In this document: piece after piece, positions 60,306-64,000 of the stretch | How positions within the stretch are numbered: the first letter of the stretch is position 1 | How the letters are laid out: each line of letters starts with the position of its first letter | Origin: Azolla caroliniana | Taxonomy: Eukaryota > Plantae > Polypodiophyta | Reading direction: 5' to 3' | DNA: 64,000 nucleotides | NCBI GenBank assembly: GCA_043228905.1 | Contig: JBHGNT010000008.1 | Location: 7,254,001 to 7,318,000, forward strand | Program-made: the position numbers and the translations under genes | Notes under the pieces: model-generated | What the model saw: the letters and a program-made list of their open reading frames with translations, nothing else | Told to the model about the DNA's origin: nothing | Databases searched by the model: none

Positions 60306-61092
60306 GTGCTTTTAATAGTGGTTGTGTGATGTGTGGTGGACTTTAAATGACTGACATCACATTGTTTTGAGGTGTTCGTTCATTGACCGTCTGTCCGCTC
60401 TTATAATTATCATAATTTATCTAATTACAACTCCCAAAACCGGCTCCCCTTTCATACTCTGGCCTAACCGACCAACATGATTCGGCCACCCCAAAATTCA
60501 AGTCTAGACTAGTCGCGAAAGGGTTTCGACAAGAATACAAGGTTGACTTCGACAAAGTCTTTTCACCAATGGTGAAAATGACAACCCTACGCTTTATGCT
60601 TAGTGTTGTCGCAACTGAGATTTTGGAGTTAATTTAGCTAGATGTAAAAACGACATTCCTCCATGGTGATCTAGAGGCGGAAATTTATATGGAGTACTTG
60701 AAAGGCTTCATGGTATCCGTCCAGGAACATTTATTCTACCAACTCAAGAAGATTCTATACATCTTGAAGTAGGCACCCAAACAATAGTACAAGAAGTTCA
60801 ACGACTTCATCCAATCATTCGACTTCTCAAAGAGTGATGAGGACCATTGCCTCTTCACCAAAATAGCTCGAGATGGGTCACCCATCTTCTCATCATTTAC
60901 ATGGATGACATGTTACTCTCCAGTTGGCATGCCAGAGAGCTCTCCGAACTCGTTTGGCAATTGCGGTTGAAGTTCGCCATGAAGGACATCAGTTTGGTGA
61001 GACACATTTTAGGGATGAGGATAAATCGGCTTCAGAATCAAAGACAATTGTTGTTGTCTCAAGCCAACTATATTGGCCATGTTTTGGAACGT

Positions 61093-64000
61093 TGTCGCGT
61101 TGTTACGCGCGTGGGTGGAGAACGAGGCGGGACCACCGGGGTCTTGGACCGAGAAATAGCTGAGAAGGAGGAGAACGGAAAGACAACAAACGCACTTGCA
61201 CACGCGCAGACACGGGAGAACACAGGAATCACAGTCCAACAACACAGCAAAACGAGACGACTAGAAGTTCAAGTATATGAACACGTATGTATATATATAT
61301 ATATATATATATCAAGACGGTTACAACTAACAGGCCGGCAAGGCGAACACCGACGCCTGTTCACTCACACACAGAAGAGCGAGATGGAGACTCTACCGAA
61401 AGCACACGGGCGTTCCACGGAGCAGAGTCAACCTCCCGAAAACCTGCGCAAAATGGCTATGGAGAGTGGTAGAGGAGAAGGGCTCGGTCCCAGTCCGGCA
61501 ACATTTCGTCCTCTCTCTAACGCGCGATACCTTTTCCATTCCTCTCCCTCTCTTTTATAGCCCAAGGAGGGAGGGTGTTATCATCTGTTACATCACATTA
61601 ATTCTCTGTCCTTTCGGACAGAGATACACCTCGATTCTCTCCCTATTGAATGCGTGCTACCTAGGATTTCACCTCAGGCGACTTGTACCTACCTACTTAC
61701 CATACAACGAAAAGTGTGCTCACGTGTAAGGGCCGGTTTACACACACTAAACTCGGTTTCCGCCTAGGGACGGTTTTCTTCACAACATCCGCCCCCACCT
61801 AACCGCGCATCCACCGGTATGCGCCAAAATTGTGCTTTTGCTGGAGAAAACCGGTCCATGCTTTACTCCTCATCTTCCGGATCGTCATCCGCCTCGGACC
61901 TCCCATCGTCATCGTTCATGCTTTCCAGATCCGGCTCGCACTCGTGTCGTTTCTTAAACGCTTTGACCCTCTTCCCCGCTACCGGTATTGCCATCCTCAT
62001 ACCGTCGAGTTCCGCAAGATGGTAGGTCTCGTTGTCGTTGGCGCCTGTCACCACGTAAGGCTCGAACCACCTCCTTGCAAACTTCCGCGTTGCCTTGTGC
62101 TAGTTGTCAAGGTTGTTGTCATACACTAGGACCCAGTCGCCTTCCTCGATTTTCTTCGGTCGCAGTCGGTGAGTCCGATCAAACCGCCCTTTGTTCTTCA
62201 ACCTTGCCAACCGAAGCTTCTCCGCGGCTCGTTCCTCGTCCTCCGGCCTTCGCTCGAGCTGTCGAATCCGTGCCGCTAGCAGCTCCTCCCGACTCATCTC
62301 ATCTCTCCAGTCCACCGTGGCCCATGAGGAGATGGTTCGCTTTGTTGGCATGATCGGCCTCTGTCCGTACATAAGTCTGCCGGCATGAACCCGGTTACCG
62401 AACTGTGCGTAGTTCGGTCCGCCCACAAGGCATAAGGTAGCAGTCGCACCCAGTTCCCGACTTGGCCTTCACACGCCCGTACTAGCGCTTTGACGATTGG
62501 CCCGTGTCCGCGCTCCACCTTCCCGTTAGCCTCCGGATTGTACGTTGTGGTGAGCGAGAGTTTGACCCCTAGTCGGTCAAACAGCTCTTCAGCCTCTTGC
62601 GTGTCCAACTCTCCACGGTCAGCCACGATCTTTCCTACGCTCCCATACCGACATATCATGTCCTCGATCAGAAACCGGCACACAACCGCGATCGTTTTGT
62701 TCTACAGCGCTCGGCCTTCAACCTGGTTTGTCAGATCCTCCCAAGCCAACACCAGATACCGCATCTATCCTACCCCCATCGACATCGTCACCAAATCCAC
62801 CATCCATTTGAAGTGGACGGTCAGAGGGTAGATCGGGTGAAGCTCGTCCCAGTGTCAGACTATGGAGTGCATCTGACAGCTTTCGCAAGTCGTCACGAAC
62901 CGATGCACGTCCCGGTACAGTTCCAGCCACCAGTACTTCCCTCTTAGCTTCTCGAACGTGGCCCACGTTCTGCGGTGTCTGGCCTAGGGACTCTCGTGGT
63001 AGGCCTCCAACAACTCCTCATGTTCCTCCTTTGCCACCACTCGGAGCGGGATGTCATCCCTCTTCTTCGGGTGCTTCCATATGTACCCATCCCGAAGGAA
63101 GAATCGGTACGCTTTCTTCCGGATCAGGTTGGTCTCTTCCTTTGTCCACACCGCGTCCGGTGTCATTGTTTTCAGGAGCCCGCCGATCTGGAGCCACTCC
63201 CTGTCATACTTGCTCTCGTCAAATTCGTTAAGCGCCGGAGTGCTCCCCTTTCTGGTCGTCACGTATGCCGCCTCGAAGAAATCTACGCCCGACTTCCTCG
63301 TCCTCCGAAACCATGTCGTCCTCGTTTTCGAACCTTGCCCTTGAGAGCATGTCGACCATGGCATTGTCTTTTCCGAAAATGTGTCGTATCTCCGGATTCA
63401 GGGACTTAATGTATGCTATCCACCGGAGCATTGCCAGGTCCGGCGTCACGCATCCGGAAACCATGCCGAGAATCGGCAGGTAGTCCGTCTCGATTATTAC
63501 CTCTGTCCCGATCAGGTAGCCTTTATCGGCCTTCACCGCCGAAACGATACCCTAGAGTTCGCGTTTAACCTTGGCGTATCCTCGTTGTCGCTCACTGAGG
63601 ACCTTCGTGCCGAACCGGATGGGGAACCTCGTGCCAACGTCATCCTCTTGGTTGATCACCCACCCGATCCCGGTCGGGCTCGTGTCCACCGTCACGTAGA
63701 TGGGGACGCCCTTGCCGTAGGCCGCTTTACGGAGAGCTGGTGCTATCGTAAGCGCCTCCTTTAGTATCCGGACCGACTCCGTGTGCTCCGTCCTCCACTC
63801 GAACCTACGCCCTTTCTTCAATAGCCCGTACAGCGGCTCCGTAACATGAGCGTAGTGCGGAATCTAGATGTGGTAGAACGCGCGCGCCCCCAAGAATCTG
63901 CGGACCTCTGTAACCGACAAGCAGTCGTCCTTCATCGCGGAGATGGCTTCTACCTTTGCCGGAGACGGTTTCCTACCGTAAGGCCCACATAGGTGTCCGA
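61093..64000 (-). mobile_element. Element I: tRNA-Trp-family gypsy, 3' part (3' LTR 61093-61787, degenerate IN/RH/RT), inserted in A RT
   Basis: Pol colinear with E/F; PPT 61788-61801; target flank ACGT. Confidence 0.92.

Larger units (their letters stand above)
20730..60477 (+). mobile_element. Element B: non-autonomous tRNA-Arg-primed (Tat-like) LTR element with an antisense ORF only; hosts ~36 kb of nested insertions
   Basis: TSD TGATT; LTR 20730-21168; only the last ~85 bp of the second LTR survive (60393-60477); PBS TGGCACGCCT-GTGGGAC 21171-21187. Confidence 0.85.
10212..61092 (+). mobile_element. Element A: degenerate Ty1/copia, outermost host; pieces 10212-12309, 18983-20729, 60483-61092; left border uncertain
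   Basis: Mutated iMet PBS TGATATCAGA at 10390; gag from 11439 (KFDESNFNFWKEQMQDYL); protease, GAG-pre-integrase and integrase 19020-20250; RT WVYRIK..|..PKFKSRLVAKGF rejoined across B; YMDD near 60900. Confidence 0.85.

Noticed and set aside
31484-63821. Dozens of 60-270-aa ORFs overlapping or antisense to gag/pol of D, E, F, H and I
   Set aside because: Expected shadow ORFs of GC-rich coding DNA with no independent motifs; they recur only because the elements are homologous.

Overview
Land-plant nuclear DNA; the retroelement families suggest a non-seed plant such as a fern, which is inference. Bases 1-~8100 hold the 5' two-thirds of a minus-strand, intron-containing KDM3/JHDM2-family (JMJ24-29-like) JmjC gene. 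It has a WRC domain, a six-copy protein repeat, an apparently decayed RING exon and an HxD->HxN change in the Fe(II) motif. From ~9700 to the end is one retrotransposon nest, most of whose junctions resolve to the base from LTR termini and target-site duplications (TSDs). An old Copia (A) hosts a chromovirus (G1), a non-autonomous tRNA-Arg-primed element with only an antisense ORF (B), and a tRNA-Trp-primed Ty3/gypsy (I). B hosts C; C hosts D and E; D hosts chromovirus G2; E hosts F; F hosts an intact young Tnt1/Tork-like Copia (H). Several solo LTRs are also present. Most notable signals: (1) all six insertions of the Trp-primed family sit at CpG-centred 4-bp targets; (2) unrelated LTR families carry antisense tRNA-like A-box/B-box cassettes; (3) a covarying RNA structure encloses the PPT; (4) a conserved -1 frameshift lies after the protease; (5) the chromoviruses look self-priming and carry heat-shock elements.
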